DNA of 64,000 nucleotides, taken from positions 20,274,001 to 20,338,000 of the forward strand of contig NC_073396.1 of assembly GCF_028641065.1 (NCBI RefSeq), written 5' to 3'. The position numbers and the translations under genes are program-made. The notes under the pieces were generated by a model. That model saw only the letters and a list, made by a program, of their open reading frames with translations, ran no database searches and was not told where the DNA came from. Positions 60,601 through 64,000 of the stretch are shown in pieces; within the stretch, counting starts at the first letter, position 1, and each line of letters opens with the position of its first letter. The DNA comes from Leucoraja erinacea. Taxonomy: Eukaryota.

Positions 60601-61649
60601 ATGTAAAACATTAACAAGTCATTGGAATTAGTTATTGAATTTGTTTAATTTAATAAATATTTCATATAAAATCATCTGTTTTATGAAATTCATATTTTGA
60701 GACACTTTGGGTTATTGGGATTCAAATTAGAGATATTTTGCTGAATCTGAGTGTACAAATAATATTTGTATTTTTGACGCCATAATCGGCATTGTACATT
60801 GGTGGGTCATGTGATTTGTTCTCACCCCACACTGTGGTCAGTTATATACATTTATCAGTTGTTGAGCAAGATCTAAACTCTTCCTGGCCCTTAAAAAAGT
60901 TCCAAGTTGACAGATTTAGATAGACTACATTTTTAAGGAGAAACGCTTGCATTTTAAAGTGATTCTAATTCTGCTTATCCCAGTGTTGCACTGTAGCCAC
61001 ATATGAACAATTAAGAATCCACGTATGGCTAAGTGCCTTTCTGAATGCTGTTCATTGATTTATTACCAGGAGCTGTTATTGGTCATGTGACCTCAAAGGC
61101 TAAATTCACTCGACATAAGCATGTGAACATTAATCTTCCTGTGTGCTGGTTTTCAAAATGGTGATATGAAAAGCAGGGTTTGGTTTTTGACCAGGATAAA
61201 AGAGAAATGCATTTGTGTTTTTTAAATACAATCCAAGCACTAAATTGATTTCTGTCCTGTCCAGCCATCTGCAGCGATCATGGATGCACAGTGCTGATTC
61301 CCTGCCCTATGTTTTGTCGTCCTGTGAATAGAAGCTGGGACGAGAAGGTGATGTTTGAAGCTAAAGCTGAGTGAAAGGGCTTTATCATAAAACTGACCTA
61401 ATCAAACTGTGCAAAATAACAATTTGTTTGGGTAGATATGGATAAACCCAAAAGCAAAGACCACACACTCAAATTTGGAACAAGATCATTCAGAGGTGAA
61501 ATCATAAAGCAGTTTGCCAGAAAAGGGTTACTTAATAATTAATTGTACTTATGTAGTATTTCATGCTGAAGTGTCCCTCGTCCAATATTTTTTGACCACA
61601 GTGTTCTATACATACCCTTGTATGTATTGTAGTAAAATCATGTTAGGTA

Positions 61650-61860
61650 TAGTGCCCTCCATAATAATTGGGACAAAGACGCATCATTTATTTACTTGCC
61701 TCGGTACTCCACAATTTGAGATTTATAATAGAAAAAAATCACACATGGTTAAAGTGCACATTGTCAGATTTTATTAAAGGCCATTTTTATACATTTTGGT
61801 TTCACCATGTAGAAATTACAGCTGTGTTTATACATAGTCCCCCCATTTCAGGGCACCATG
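61650..61860 (+). mobile_element. Solo Tc1 TIR fragment
   Basis: AGTGCCCTCCATAATAATTGGGACAAAGAC...CCCCCATTTCAGGGCACCAT, same TIR family as 30174 and 36974. Confidence 0.85.
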
Positions 61861-64000
61861 TTTTTTTGTTTTTGTGCAGCTAGCAATAAAACTAAGCTGT
61901 TAATTGTGGGTGGCACAGCAATTGCGTTGGTCATATTGGATAGCAACAAGGTTCAACGACAACAATTACTCACTATTTTTGAATGTAGCCCATTATGTAG
62001 AGCTAATAAGATGCAAAGTCTAAACAAATCAAATGTAAAAAGACTTCCAAGACCTTGGTACGATTGAACAGGTTTTATTGGGCTGAACCCATCATTTTCA
62101 AAAAATATAACAGCTGTTTCCTGTTTATACTCTATCTGAAACGTGATTTTTTTTTTTGGGAGCCCAAATAAGAGTCAGTATAACAATGTCCTATGTACAG
62201 TTTTGTTTTGAATCAGTTTTATGCCATGTTTTCCACCCAATGGTTTTTGTCTCTTCCCATTTCATTTGGTTTTGTCTTCCGCTCTGCTTTTTGTTATCGT
62301 GTTGGTAACTTGTTTCACATTTCAGCATTATGTATTTTTCCTCAATGGGAATGGACAGACAATGTTTCGGGTTGGGACCCTTTAGATGCTCGATCACTTT
62401 TTCAATTCCCATTGGGCCACCTTGGTTTTGCATCTTGCATTGACCCCATTTGTCAGGATGGTAGAGAAATCTTGTGCTAAGATCTTTCGATGTTGCAATG
62501 AAGAGATGGATGTTTTGAGGATGGCTCAAGGTGACCTTCCTTTCTGGGTAGCTGTCTGACTTCTGTTTAGGTTTGGAAAACTAATATTTTGTCATGGGGA
62601 AACAAGACCAGAACCAGGCCATCCCATTAGTATCATCAACATTCCATTGATTGAGGATGACCTCAATACAGATTTTGAGGTGACTCACTAGTGCGATCCT
62701 GGGACCACAATCTTCACTGTAGAATGTACAGATATTTCCTTGCAAACTAACAGCTTGCTGGCAAGAGGTTGTTTACCTTGTTTCCTTCTCTTTTTCCTTT
62801 CCCTCCAATCTTATTTACTTCTAATAGCAGAAGGAGATGCAAGAGCCTGCAGATGCTGGAATCTGACTCTAATAGCGAGTTATTTTGGACCTCGGAGCTG
62901 AGCGTTGAATCTGTACTTTTTGTCATTGTCATTGTCAGTGCTGGTTCCAGAGGAAGATGGATGTATCATGCAAACATTATATTAATTGTTAAGGATATAT
63001 TAGATTTTTTTCTGCTTTGCTTAAGGATTCCAAGAAACAGTATTAGATACAAGAAATCTTTCTGCACTTGTTCATGGGGGAAGTGGCCCTGCTTCTCACA
63101 TACTATTGCACCCCACTACAGAGAATACGTGGGAAAGGCTAACTTTATTTCTGTCCAATTGTACAGCTTTTTATTCATTTTTATGAGAGCGGAGTTGTGC
63201 TAAAGGGTGCAGATCGTGCCTTTGGAAATTCATTGTCAGAGTTCAGTGTTGAAAAAGTATATGAGCAGTGGAATCACTTGCAGTGATAATTGCTTTTTTG
63301 GAGAATATTAATTTACTGATAACAGAATCTGTATATTACAGGAGGAAAGAAAAATGTCTTTGTACTTTTGTTTAAAATTCCCAATCAATGACTGCATGAC
63401 TGGCATAAATCATGGATTTGGGTAATTTGCTGGGATATAATTGGTAGTCGGGCCTTTCTTATAATATAGCTATATATCAGTATATGTCCCAGAATGGGCT
63501 TTCAGTGCTCAACAGGATGTGCACCTCGTATGGCTAGTTATGTTGGAATGCTGATTTATTTTCCCTTTCAGACTCTTGTGCCCAATTTGCCAACTTCCTG
63601 CTGGTTTTCTCTGCTGTGTAAAATACTTCCATTAGTACACTTGAATGCAATATATATGCTTTAAATTGGATTAGCTATGATTAAGGTTAGAGTAAATTAC
63701 ATTCCTAATTACATTCCACAGTATGGTAGGGAATCCCTCCCAGCAGGTAGCGTAGCTGGGACATGTTGGCGGGGGTGGGCAAGTTAGGCCGAAGGGCCTG
63801 TTTTCACACTGTATCACTCTATGACTACATTATACCTCCACCTTGCATGAATGCTTCAAAATTAAGTGATCGAGTTTTATTGCCATATACTCAAGCATAA
63901 AAACACAGAAAATAGGTGCAGGAATAGGCCACCGGCCATTCGAGCCAGCACTGCCATTCAATATGATCATGTCTATTCATCTAAAATCTGTACCTCTTTC

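Noticed and set aside
57664-64000. MOSMO exon 2 or intronic snoRNAs
   Set aside because: No sequence encoding the expected ALTVGLVRQC segment was seen, and no convincing C/D or H/ACA box pair with terminal stems; a covariance-model search would be needed to exclude snoRNAs.

Overview
Vertebrate genomic DNA, almost certainly a cartilaginous fish, probably a skate or ray. The evidence is the repeat content: HE1/V-SINE-type tRNA SINEs, CR1, Rex1/Babar, L2 and Penelope fragments. Five spliced genes can be rebuilt from GT-AG boundaries and translation: ANKS4B (+, 2 exons, 395 aa), SNU13 (-, 3 exons, 128 aa), UQCRC2 (+, 14 exons, 457 aa), PDZD9 (-, 3 firm exons plus a candidate first exon, about 403 aa) and the first coding exon of MOSMO (+). 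SNU13 and UQCRC2 share a divergent CpG-island promoter; UQCRC2 and PDZD9 end tail-to-tail with poly(A) signals 35 nt apart. Main observations: (1) tiny CAAAGATC-ended remnants flanked by 8-bp duplications, resembling P-element excision footprints, all near promoters; (2) a 33-bp tandem array of YY1-like plus ETS-like sites just upstream of the UQCRC2 start; (3) a DNA-transposon relic encoding a Spindlin-like Tudor domain; (4) an ISL2EU-like element with two convergent THAP-like starts; (5) Penelope-derived hammerhead-ribozyme-like cores; (6) an HNF4-type site at ANKS4B and three uORFs before MOSMO. Exon coordinates were counted by hand; repeat boundaries are approximate, and family names come from recognition, not database searches.
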